The notes under the pieces: generated by a model
Databases searched by the model: none
Seen by the model: the letters and a program-made list of their open reading frames with translations, nothing else
Told to the model about the DNA's origin: nothing
Shown: one piece after another, positions 34,333-42,973 of the stretch
How positions within the stretch are numbered: the stretch's first letter is position 1
Layout: every line of letters begins with the position of its first letter
Source of the DNA: a virus
Taxonomy: Duplodnaviria; Heunggongvirae; Uroviricota; Caudoviricetes
DNA length: 47,312 nucleotides
IMG/VR virus record: IMGVR_UViG_3300017971_000186
Reading direction: 5' to 3' (one strand)
Position numbers and translations under genes: made by a program

Positions 34333-34361
34333 TTGTTTATTTGAAATTTTCTGGGTATAAT
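34333..34361 (+). promoter_or_regulatory. sigma70-type promoter TTGTTT-N17-TATAAT
   Basis: Direct reading; upstream of the 686-aa gene. Confidence 0.6.
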
Positions 34362-34443
34362 TTATTAAGATTTTGTAATGTCCTCGAAATATTGAGGTTA
34401 AGTAATATGGATCATACACATTAAAATTAAAGGAGTTACTTTT

Positions 34444-36504
34444 ATGTACAAATCTTTTATTCTTATCGTTTTATTTTTATTAATTACAGTTAATGCCCAG
34501 GACTTATATATTACAGGTAAGGTTCTGGACAACAATAACAGTCCGATGTTTGGCGTTATTGCGACATTAAAAGGACAAGGTATTTCTGATACTACCGGTG
34601 CTGATGGTATCTATATCTTATCAAAACTTTCCAATGATATTAAAAACCAATCTTCAGTATCCCTTAATACAATTAAATATGATAACTCTCGACTCTGGTT
34701 CCCGGTTCTTAAGAAAACTCAGGTTTCTATTAAGGTATATAATCTGAGTGGTCAAAATGTCTTCACTGCTTTAAACCGAAAACTTGATCCTGGTAACTAT
34801 TCAATTAATCCTGCCACTGGTTTATCAGCACAAATGTATATCGTTCAATTAAAGATTGGCAATAAAGTACATAACTTTAAATCACCAAGTCTCTATGATA
34901 GAGGTAAACCAAGTTTAACCCGGATCGGGGACAATGCCACAATCAGTGGTGGTGTCTTTGCTAGATTATCACAAGATGATATTAATGATACTCTAAATCT
35001 GATTAAAGATAACCAAGTACTCTCTACTACCAATATCAGTGAATGGATTGATACCCTACCGGATCTGTTTGTCATACAGAGAGATATCTATGGAAACTTA
35101 TACTTACCTATGTTTTTCCCTGATACAATCAGCCTTATCCAAGCCAATATTACTGGTGATGATATCAATGGTACCAAGACCGCTGAACTCTGGCATAATA
35201 CTTCCAGTAATACCTATAGTGGTTTCGTTTACTTCATTTATTCTGTAGGTACAAATAAATATAATGTGTATGTGGATGTATTTAATAACCAAGATAAACT
35301 TATCGGTCAAAGTCCAAATATTCTTTTCAATAGTATAGCTGGTGATATTGAAATTCCTCCCTTTAGTGCAGAAAATGCAAAACCAGAAGTACAGATTATA
35401 GGAAATGATACTACTGTTAGTATCTATGATACAATCCATATTACCTGTATTGCCACTGACCCTATCGGTAGCAGAGGAATCTCAAAATGGGAACTGGATA
35501 TTAATGGTGAAGGATTTAAAGAAACAAGCACAGGTGACACCTCAGTGATTGTTCCCGATGTCACCGGACAAAGAAATGGTGATATGGTCTATGTGGTTCG
35601 AGTTACTGATAATGATGGTAACACATCTTCAGATCAAATAACTGTTACAGTGGTCAAAGATGAGCCTATAGCGAGTACCTTTGTTGAAGGACAGTGCAGA
35701 CCTTCTTTCCTCGTTAATAACAGTGACTCTATGATTGTTGTAGGAGATACAGTTATTCTTCATGGTACTGCCACAGATGGCTATGGTCACATTGTAAAAT
35801 GGGAATGGGACATTGGGAATACCGGAACATTTGTTACAGATGAATCTGCTACAGATACCAGTAAATATGAATATGTTATTCCAATGAACTCAGATTCTGT
35901 TATTGAATGTGTCCTTCGGGTTACCGATGATGATGGTAATACTGCTTTGGATACTGTTACACTTAAAGTTCTTTTCCTATTTAATGGTGAGTATAAGATA
36001 AAATCGAAAAATCAATCTACCATGTTCGGTAAATTACAGAATAATGTATACCAATATCATTGGTTTCCTTTACCTCCTATCGATGTCAGTTTCAGTTATG
36101 ATTTCTGGTTTGATACTACTACCTACAGTTTAGGTAATTACTTTGAAGCAATAAAATACTGTAACGAGAAATCAAAAGGTGCTGGATTGGATACAGCTTA
36201 TACTTATACTGATAGTTTGGATATTCAAATGGATCTGACCAAGAATGGATTCCGAATTTCTACTGAAGCTGAATTCCATTACGCATTTAATAATGGTGTA
36301 GTGGTCCTGGGAGAGATCAGATTGAATGATAAATATGAAAATGCGATTCCAGGTGAATCACAAACTGATTATACTGGTCCATCAGTAATTGATCCAATGG
36401 TAAAATTTACTATGACCGAAAGTTTCTTCAATAGAGGAAATTATTATTCATACTTTCCAACATATAATGGAGCTAAATATTTACTTGTTCGCACTGTGGA
36501 ATAA
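34444..36504 (+). CDS. Secreted multidomain protein: signal peptide, carboxypeptidase-regulatory-like, CTD/FlgD-like, PKD-like Ig repeats, C-terminal FGE-sulfatase (C-type-lectin fold)-like domain
   Basis: Signal MYKSFILIVLFLLITVNA; ITGKVLD...ATLKG; IKVYNLSGQ; W.WD..G and RVTDxDG x2; AIKYCNEKS...GFRISTEAEFHYA. Confidence 0.75.
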   Translation: MYKSFILIVLFLLITVNAQDLYITGKVLDNNNSPMFGVIATLKGQGISDTTGADGIYILSKLSNDIKNQSSVSLNTIKYDNSRLWFPVLKKTQVSIKVYNLSGQNVFTALNRKLDPGNYSINPATGLSAQMYIVQLKIGNKVHNFKSPSLYDRGKPSLTRIGDNATISGGVFARLSQDDINDTLNLIKDNQVLSTTNISEWIDTLPDLFVIQRDIYGNLYLPMFFPDTISLIQANITGDDINGTKTAELWHNTSSNTYSGFVYFIYSVGTNKYNVYVDVFNNQDKLIGQSPNILFNSIAGDIEIPPFSAENAKPEVQIIGNDTTVSIYDTIHITCIATDPIGSRGISKWELDINGEGFKETSTGDTSVIVPDVTGQRNGDMVYVVRVTDNDGNTSSDQITVTVVKDEPIASTFVEGQCRPSFLVNNSDSMIVVGDTVILHGTATDGYGHIVKWEWDIGNTGTFVTDESATDTSKYEYVIPMNSDSVIECVLRVTDDDGNTALDTVTLKVLFLFNGEYKIKSKNQSTMFGKLQNNVYQYHWFPLPPIDVSFSYDFWFDTTTYSLGNYFEAIKYCNEKSKGAGLDTAYTYTDSLDIQMDLTKNGFRISTEAEFHYAFNNGVVVLGEIRLNDKYENAIPGESQTDYTGPSVIDPMVKFTMTESFFNRGNYYSYFPTYNGAKYLLVRTVE

Positions 36505-36537
36505 ATGATCTGATATATTCACAAATTCCTTCAAGTT

Positions 36538-36570
36538 AAAAAGGGGCGCTTTCTCAGAGTGTCCCTTTTT
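36538..36570. terminator. Bidirectional rho-independent terminator
   Basis: AAAAAGGGGCGCT-loop-AGTGTCCCTTTTT with A/T tracts on both sides. Confidence 0.7.
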
Positions 36571-36605
36571 TATTTTACACACAAATCATTCCAAGGAGAT
36601 TTCAT

Positions 36606-36821
36606 ATGGATTTATCTACACTTACTCCGTATCGTAAAGGACTTATCACATCCACCAAAAAATTAAACGAACCATTTAAAGAATGCTTATATGATATAGG
36701 AACAAAAGAATACGAAGAATGGTGGAAAGGTTACTGTGATGGTACAGAACTTTTAATGTTAGAAATTAATCTTTATTTCTTGAACCAAAAAAGCACGAAT
36801 GATATAATAACCATTAAATGA
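36606..36821 (+). CDS. Hypothetical protein
   Basis: 71 aa, AAGGAG SD. Confidence 0.7.
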   Translation: MDLSTLTPYRKGLITSTKKLNEPFKECLYDIGTKEYEEWWKGYCDGTELLMLEINLYFLNQKSTNDIITIK

Positions 36822-36838
36822 TCTTTTTTTGATATAGG

Positions 36839-37078
36839 ATGGTTATTATGTGGTTATTAGATTTATTTTTCTGGTGGAAAAGAAAAAAACAAAAAGGATA
36901 CTTTTTTATTCCTGAAGAACCAAATGAAGAAGAATGTGCTGCAATGCAAAGAGTGTGGAATAAAATTAAAGATGCAAATCTAACATTTGAAATCGTTAGC
37001 GCGACACAACTTGCACGAGTTCTAGTTCATTACAAAGTAGAAGGTTTTGCAGATAAAAAAGTTACCCCGGTTGACTGA
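36839..37078 (+). CDS. Hypothetical protein
   Basis: 79 aa; 3' end overlaps the convergent - strand gene. Confidence 0.6.
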   Translation: MVIMWLLDLFFWWKRKKQKGYFFIPEEPNEEECAAMQRVWNKIKDANLTFEIVSATQLARVLVHYKVEGFADKKVTPVD

Positions 37079-38075
37079 TGATCTCTTTTAGTTTTAATTT
37101 AACGAGTTCTGGATCATTTTCATAAAGGATGGCTTCACCACCGGCCTCTTTCCAACTCTCTATATTTGAAACCCGATCATCGATGAGAACTGAGTCGGGT
37201 TCAGCCCATTGATATTTGTCAATATCAAGATACAAAGTTGTTCCTGGAATATTTTTATCTACCCAATTTTTCTTTCCACCAGGAGCCCATTTAAATAATC
37301 CTGGTGAGGACAGCAAAACAGGATCATATTTCTTTACCACTTTCCAAAGCTCTTCACCTTTGGGCATCCATTCCATTTCAGACCAGAACTCAGCCCCCTT
37401 CTCTTCAATCTTATCATACATGTATTGCTTCTCTTCCTCGGAAGCATCATCTGCTAAACCTTTGGCAACTTTCGGTCCTAGCTTCCTGATAGCCTTGTCA
37501 CAGTCGGTGATACAACTATCCATATCGAGATACACTTTTATTTCTCTTTTTGCTGTGACACCTTTTCCCAATTCCTGCTCTATTTCTTCTTTCCTTTTTA
37601 TGGAGCGTTGCAATACCGTTTGAATGGTAAAAGGAAACTTCTTCATTAAGGCATCGATATCATCCATGACCTTAAGATTTTCAATTTCCCACTTTGGTCT
37701 TTTTGATAAAGGTTTGACATTTTCAGAAAGGATATTAACAATATCTAATAACTCATTTTCAGAACTCTCACTTGTGGTTTCTTTTTTACCTGTCAACTTA
37801 TTAAATAACACAAGCAAATCATCCGCTTGCTTAAAAACTTTATGAGGTCTTTTGAAAACAATATTCTTTTCCTGAGCAGTTTTTAAATCTGCCATTATTC
37901 TTGAAAAAAGATTCCCATAATTTTCCATCTTACTTTTAACCTGAATCTCTTTCATACTTAATTTGGGATTCTCAAAAGAGATCCGCATCATTATAGGAAC
38001 TATATCCCATACCTCTTTATAGTTCTCTAAACAATTCGCCAACACTTTTATCTGATGAGAAATTAAATATTTCAT
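37062..38075 (-). CDS. HAD-superfamily 5'(3')-deoxyribonucleotidase-like protein with N-terminal extension
   Basis: VYLDMDS, FWSEMEWMP, LLSSP, KKNWV and LIDDRVSNIESWKEAGGEAILY. Confidence 0.8.
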   Translation of the reverse strand: MKYLISHQIKVLANCLENYKEVWDIVPIMMRISFENPKLSMKEIQVKSKMENYGNLFSRIMADLKTAQEKNIVFKRPHKVFKQADDLLVLFNKLTGKKETTSESSENELLDIVNILSENVKPLSKRPKWEIENLKVMDDIDALMKKFPFTIQTVLQRSIKRKEEIEQELGKGVTAKREIKVYLDMDSCITDCDKAIRKLGPKVAKGLADDASEEEKQYMYDKIEEKGAEFWSEMEWMPKGEELWKVVKKYDPVLLSSPGLFKWAPGGKKNWVDKNIPGTTLYLDIDKYQWAEPDSVLIDDRVSNIESWKEAGGEAILYENDPELVKLKLKEIISQPG

Positions 38076-38188
38076 TATAACCCTTTCTTTGTAAACAAAG
38101 GCAATAATATCAAAAGATTATTAATTTAATTTTTTCTCTTGTAAAGGTTTGATATAAAAGAAAATAGACTTCTGCCCCAAGAAAAACC

Positions 38189-38217
38189 TGGAATCTCTTT
38201 AAGAGATCTCGTATAAT
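38189..38217 (+). promoter_or_regulatory. sigma70-type promoter TGGAAT-N17-TATAAT with GAGATCTC
   Basis: Direct reading; same family as 19887 and 27842. Confidence 0.7.
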
Positions 38218-38233
38218 ATATTGTGGAGGAATT

Positions 38234-39418
38234 ATGAACAAATCAACAAAATTCAGAAAGCTCTTAAATGTAATGCAACTCCTTAATTCCGAGGAAGATG
38301 CATGTAAAAAGAAGAAAAACAAAAGATATAGAAAACCTCATTTAGGACTCTTAAACGAGTATTCATCCAATAGAATACCCAACAGTTTAAGCTCTCATGA
38401 TCTTGAAAACAGGATCGCTGAACTTGGATTCGATACTGCTGTCCAGGATATTAAACATGGCCCAGTGGTTACCCGATATGAACTGAAATTATCAAAAGGT
38501 GTAAGGATTGCTCAGATTAAAAAGATCACTGAAGATATCGCAATGGCTTTAATGTCATCCAATATCAGAATCCAAGCACCCATTCCAGGTACAGCTTGTG
38601 TTGGAATAGAAATGATGAATGAAACAAGATCCATTATCGGTTTCCGTGATATCTTTACCACTGATTCCAATACCAAGATTCCCATCGTACTTGGAACCGA
38701 TACTATTGGTAATCCAAAAATAATCGATTTGACTACTATGCCTCATCTTTTAATCGCAGGTCAAACTGGATCAGGTAAATCTGTATGTATAAATAGTATT
38801 CTTCTTTCAATATTATTTACTCGAACACCAGATGAATGCCAGCTTGTCCTTGTCGATCCCAAGAGAGTGGAAATGGCGTCATATAATAATTTATCCCACC
38901 TGAGATGCCCTGTGGTTACCGAGCCCTCAGAAGCGGTGCATGTGTTCTCAGATTTAATTGAAGAAATGGATCGTAGATATAAACTCTTAGCTGATTATCG
39001 AGTAAGAAATATCGAAAGTTTTAATAAAAATTCCGATACAAAACTTCCTTATATAGTAACTGTGGTTGATGAGATGGCTGATCTCATGATGACTTCAGGT
39101 AAAGAACTTGAGAAAATGATCGTACGGTTGGCTCAATTAGCCAGAGCAGTAGGTATCCATCTGGTACTTGCAACTCAAAAGCCTATCGTTAAAGTTATCA
39201 CTGGTCTTATTAAATCCAATATGCCTTCAAGGATCTCATTCCAAGTATCATCCAAAAATGATTCCAGAGTTATTCTTGATTGCAATGGAGCTGAAGCTCT
39301 GGCCGGTAAGGGAGATATGTTAATGATTTATCCTGGTGCTTCTGAACCTGAACGATATCACGGTGCCTGGATAAGTGATGATGAAATTAACTGTGTAACT
39401 GATTATGTAAGAGGATAA
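38234..39418 (+). CDS. ftsK: FtsK/SpoIIIE DNA translocase motor domain (no N-terminal TM region, no gamma domain)
   Basis: GPVVTRYE, IRIQAPIPG, MPHLLIAGQTGSGKS, VVDEMADLMM, ARAVGIHLVLATQKP, DSRVILD..GAE.L.GKGDML; ends right after the motor. Confidence 0.93.
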   Translation: MNKSTKFRKLLNVMQLLNSEEDACKKKKNKRYRKPHLGLLNEYSSNRIPNSLSSHDLENRIAELGFDTAVQDIKHGPVVTRYELKLSKGVRIAQIKKITEDIAMALMSSNIRIQAPIPGTACVGIEMMNETRSIIGFRDIFTTDSNTKIPIVLGTDTIGNPKIIDLTTMPHLLIAGQTGSGKSVCINSILLSILFTRTPDECQLVLVDPKRVEMASYNNLSHLRCPVVTEPSEAVHVFSDLIEEMDRRYKLLADYRVRNIESFNKNSDTKLPYIVTVVDEMADLMMTSGKELEKMIVRLAQLARAVGIHLVLATQKPIVKVITGLIKSNMPSRISFQVSSKNDSRVILDCNGAEALAGKGDMLMIYPGASEPERYHGAWISDDEINCVTDYVRG

Positions 39419-39419
39419 T

Positions 39420-39674
39420 ATGAGCAACGAATTTCTTAATGAGATACAATTTAATAAAAAGGTCCAATTAAAAAGACCTAAGAAGCAGAAGAAAAAAGGA
39501 TATAAAAGAGTGCCACAAAAAATTATGCGGTTGGCTTTCTTTCTTGTAACTTTATATGTCCTTTTCTTAGGTGGTCGTTACTTCCTGGAAGGCTTTGTTG
39601 CTTTCTGTCGAGGAACTGAGCACAAACCTTGGAGTGAAGTTGTTAAAGATTATAAAGAATTTCAAGAGGAATAA
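39420..39674 (+). CDS. Single-TM membrane protein
   Basis: Basic N-terminus followed by LAFFLVTLYVLFLGG. Confidence 0.7.
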   Translation: MSNEFLNEIQFNKKVQLKRPKKQKKKGYKRVPQKIMRLAFFLVTLYVLFLGGRYFLEGFVAFCRGTEHKPWSEVVKDYKEFQEE

Positions 39675-39677
39675 ATT

Positions 39678-39998
39678 ATGTATGCCGATGAACGTTTCGA
39701 AAATATGAAAAAGAATGTTAATCCGATCTTTATGATTATTGGAATGGGCATAAGAATAGGTTTATTATTACTATTACTCTGTTGTGGAAAATTCGCCTGT
39801 GACTGGGCGGTCAATAAATCACATAACTCAGTCAGTACTTATGAAATCGAAAAATATAATAGATCAAAATTACGAGTTATCAGAGATTTAAAATCCACTG
39901 GATATATCGATAGTAAAGAATTAAAGAAAAGAGTTCAAGAAGTATACCGAAATTCAAAACAAAAATATATAAAGGAATACAGAACCGATGAAAAGTAA
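39678..39998 (+). CDS. Membrane-anchored protein
   Basis: IFMIIGMGIRIGLLLLLLCC; GAGG SD. Confidence 0.7.
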   Translation: MYADERFENMKKNVNPIFMIIGMGIRIGLLLLLLCCGKFACDWAVNKSHNSVSTYEIEKYNRSKLRVIRDLKSTGYIDSKELKKRVQEVYRNSKQKYIKEYRTDEK

Positions 39999-41022
39999 TT
40001 TACCTCCAACAGCACCTAAACAGAATAAGACAGATAAATTACAGTATGATATGATTTACCTCATTGTTGGTAGTTTCATACTCTATGTTATTTATCAAAT
40101 ATTTGAATTTATATTCAGACCTCTTAGAATGTTATCCCAGGATGAAGTTGAAGAGAGATTTGAACGTATCATACATGAAAAAAGGATGGCACGAAGAGTC
40201 AGAACAATTGATGATCCCAATGATCCTATGAATCAATTCAAAGTTCGATTCATTGATAAAGATCTCAAATATAAAAGAGACAAAGAAAATAATCAGATAT
40301 ATTTTGCCTGGTTTCAGGAATGGCAGAGTGGTAACATCATTGACTCTGATTTAAGATGGGCTCCCGAAGCTCTGGATACTGATAACACTTTACGTTCCAA
40401 TTTTATTCAGTATATGAAGATTCAATATCAACTCCATAAAAAAGCCAGTATTGTTAAACGGATGCTTTTCCTGAATACTATCTATAAGTATTATCCAGAA
40501 CTCTCTCCTAATATGAGAGGGCTAGCAAATGATTTATCTAATTATGAAGAAGAAAATACTGAGATCGAGATTGAGAATGAATTAAGAAAGGAAATCCAGA
40601 AATACGGATTGCCAGAAGAAATTGTCGATTATCTGGTTAAGAAGGATATAAATGCCAGTACATTACGAAAAGAGGCTAAACAATTAAAAGGATATATCGA
40701 AGCAGGACATACTGCAGAAGCCAGTATCTGTGTCTTGGAAAATAAATTTTCCGATGATGCCTTTGCTCCCATTGAATTAATCTGTAAATATGGGTTACCT
40801 ACAAAAGTTGGTGTTGCATATGTTTTGGGTTACCTCAATGATGATGAAGTAGTTGAAATCAAAAATCTGATGCAACATGTACAGGAAAATTACGGAACAT
40901 ATGCCTGGGACATCATTCCAGGTAAAGATAAGACTGCTTATGATGATATATTGGATGGCGAACTTGAAAGATTAACAAACAAAAAGATTGTTAAAAAATT
41001 AAATGAAAAGGTTTGCGTATAA
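39988..41022 (+). CDS. Membrane-anchored hypothetical protein (344 aa)
   Basis: N-terminal TM MIYLIVGSFILYVIYQIF. Confidence 0.8.
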   Translation: MKSNLPPTAPKQNKTDKLQYDMIYLIVGSFILYVIYQIFEFIFRPLRMLSQDEVEERFERIIHEKRMARRVRTIDDPNDPMNQFKVRFIDKDLKYKRDKENNQIYFAWFQEWQSGNIIDSDLRWAPEALDTDNTLRSNFIQYMKIQYQLHKKASIVKRMLFLNTIYKYYPELSPNMRGLANDLSNYEEENTEIEIENELRKEIQKYGLPEEIVDYLVKKDINASTLRKEAKQLKGYIEAGHTAEASICVLENKFSDDAFAPIELICKYGLPTKVGVAYVLGYLNDDEVVEIKNLMQHVQENYGTYAWDIIPGKDKTAYDDILDGELERLTNKKIVKKLNEKVCV

Positions 41023-41492
41023 TGATGGATTTAAAGATGTTAAAAGAGAAAGCTCAAGAATGTATTAAGGATTCTAAGGCGCAATTGGTAGCAACTGAGA
41101 ACCTACCTCCTATGCTTTTTGGAGTAACAGATAAATATGAGCTTATCTTTTATGATATTGATTTAATTACTGCTGAAGATATAACGAAATTCAGAAAACA
41201 ATTCAAACAATTAACCGCTAAATACAATGCTTTTATATTAATTGCAGATCTTTTATCCTATGAATCAGAAAAAAAAGATCTGGATTCTGAATTTATAGAA
41301 GAACACCCCCACACAGTCAGCGCTTTAACTTGTATTATTTATACCGATAGAGAAGCTTTTGAACGAAAATATAAATATTTAAGTAATAAATTTAATTTCG
41401 TTGACAGTGGTTGGGTATATTTCACCGGTGATGAAGATGGAACATTTTCGAATCCTTTTTTTCGAGGAAATTCCATCGAGCATCATCAATAA
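41022..41492 (+). CDS. Acidic hypothetical protein
   Basis: ORF track 41013..41492; TAATG-coupled start. Confidence 0.7.
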   Translation: MMDLKMLKEKAQECIKDSKAQLVATENLPPMLFGVTDKYELIFYDIDLITAEDITKFRKQFKQLTAKYNAFILIADLLSYESEKKDLDSEFIEEHPHTVSALTCIIYTDREAFERKYKYLSNKFNFVDSGWVYFTGDEDGTFSNPFFRGNSIEHHQ

Positions 41493-41529
41493 AAATCGAT
41501 TAAATTGAGGTATTTTTCTAGGTAAAAAA

Positions 41530-41586
41530 TTTTTAATTGATCTCAATTAAAAAAGTGTTGACAGGTTTTTTATTCCTGTTTATTTT
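41530..41586 (+). promoter_or_regulatory. Promoter TTGACA-N17-TATTTT with an upstream 11-bp inverted repeat
   Basis: -35 at 41558-63, -10 at 41581-86; TTTTTAATTGA-TC-TCAATTAAAAA at 41530-53. Confidence 0.7.
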
Positions 41587-41639
41587 AAACCTTACTACCT
41601 CAAATTATTAAACTTACAATATCAGAGCGAGGAAAATGT

Positions 41640-42038
41640 ATGAGTCATTACGTTGACATAGTGACAATAATCAACGATAAAGATTCTTTGGTTAAAGCCT
41701 TGATTCGAATGGGTTTTACCGAGGAGCAGATTGAGATATTTGATATAGCAAATAAGTTAAATGATTGGCAAGGAAATCCAACAGAAAAACTAGGTCATAT
41801 TATTATCCGTAAAGAACATATTGGTAATTACCATAATGACTTCGGTTTTGAACAAACTGTTGAAGGAAATTATATAGCTCATATTGATGAAGCAAATGGA
41901 TATGGTGAAGAGTGGCAGAAGAAACTTTTCACTTATTATAATGTTGAAAGGGCCAAATCAGAATATGATTCAATGTGTTTAAGTTATGAAGAAACTGTTG
42001 ATGAAGAGGATCGTATAGTATTAAGAGCTTATGTATAA
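41640..42038 (+). CDS. DUF1257 (Ycf35-like) protein
   Basis: MSHY..I.T.I.D.DSLVKAL..MG...DFGFE...GNY pattern; neighbours typical of the family. Confidence 0.7.
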   Translation: MSHYVDIVTIINDKDSLVKALIRMGFTEEQIEIFDIANKLNDWQGNPTEKLGHIIIRKEHIGNYHNDFGFEQTVEGNYIAHIDEANGYGEEWQKKLFTYYNVERAKSEYDSMCLSYEETVDEEDRIVLRAYV

Positions 42039-42351
42039 TAATATTCAAAAATTTTTTCTACAAGATGTAAGTATAGTAATGACAATAGTTTTTTCTATTG
42101 TGGCTTTTATTATTGCTATTATGATTACCTCAATCATTATAAATATTAAACATAGAAAGAAAATGATAAACATTCTTAAATCCGATGATAAAATTCCTGA
42201 CTTAATGAATCGTTACAATTTAATCATGCATGGAATAAGAAGTACTTTTGAAGAGCATGGTTTTATAAAAGAACATGAATTTATTCATGATAGCACTATT
42301 ATCAAACTATTTGAAGAAGCAAATCAAAAAAGGAATGAAAACAATGCCTGA
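42031..42351 (+). CDS. Membrane-anchored hypothetical protein
   Basis: N-terminal TM helix. Confidence 0.65.
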   Translation: MYNNIQKFFLQDVSIVMTIVFSIVAFIIAIMITSIIINIKHRKKMINILKSDDKIPDLMNRYNLIMHGIRSTFEEHGFIKEHEFIHDSTIIKLFEEANQKRNENNA

Positions 42352-42553
42352 AATAAAATTAACATTTGAATGGGATGGTAAAACTGTCCATAAAGAAACT
42401 GAGGGCTTTGTAGGTAATGAATGTATTGAAAAAACTGAATTTATTGAAAAAGCCTTTGGTAATAAAACAGAAAATAGAGAAATGAAATCAGAGTATTATC
42501 AAGATACAGAGGTAGATAATGAAGAAGAAAACAGAGATTTTAACACCTATTGA
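42344..42553 (+). CDS. DUF2997-like protein
   Basis: MPEIKLTF..DG..V..ETEGFVG.EC...T..IEKAFG; ORF track 42275..42553. Confidence 0.7.
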   Translation: MPEIKLTFEWDGKTVHKETEGFVGNECIEKTEFIEKAFGNKTENREMKSEYYQDTEVDNEEENRDFNTY

Positions 42554-42709
42554 ATTAGTATTCGACGGTGAGCGGGTATTCAGTCCATGGTTTCACCCGA
42601 AAATTGCTCCGGTTTTATGTACTCTATGCAAAGAGAAATGCAATAAAAATAAAAAGGAAAAATGTTTTAACATTAATCCATACTGTGGTTAAAAATAAAG
42701 GAGGCTTAC

Positions 42710-42964
42710 ATGGCCCTTTTAGCATTTATCGGACTTATCGCTATACTGATCTTTCTTAGAAAGATCATGAATGCTATAGGAAAATCATTTGATGCTCTGT
42801 CACATGATCTATCTGACAGAGCTGTTTCAAACATAAATACACAAAGACAAATCTCGAAAGAAACAAAAAGGATTCGAGAAAAAATTAACACAATTAAAGG
42901 AAACGGAACCGACCATGAATATTGGACCAATGTCCAGAAAGAAATTGATGGTCTCACAAAATGA
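42710..42964 (+). CDS. Membrane-anchored small protein
   Basis: MALLAFIGLIAILIFL; GGAGG SD. Confidence 0.7.
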   Translation: MALLAFIGLIAILIFLRKIMNAIGKSFDALSHDLSDRAVSNINTQRQISKETKRIREKINTIKGNGTDHEYWTNVQKEIDGLTK

Positions 42965-42973
42965 GGTTTTATT

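Noticed and set aside
36380-36504. DGR variable region in the FGE-like C-terminus
   Set aside because: No template repeat or reverse transcriptase was seen in this window; cannot be excluded genome-wide.
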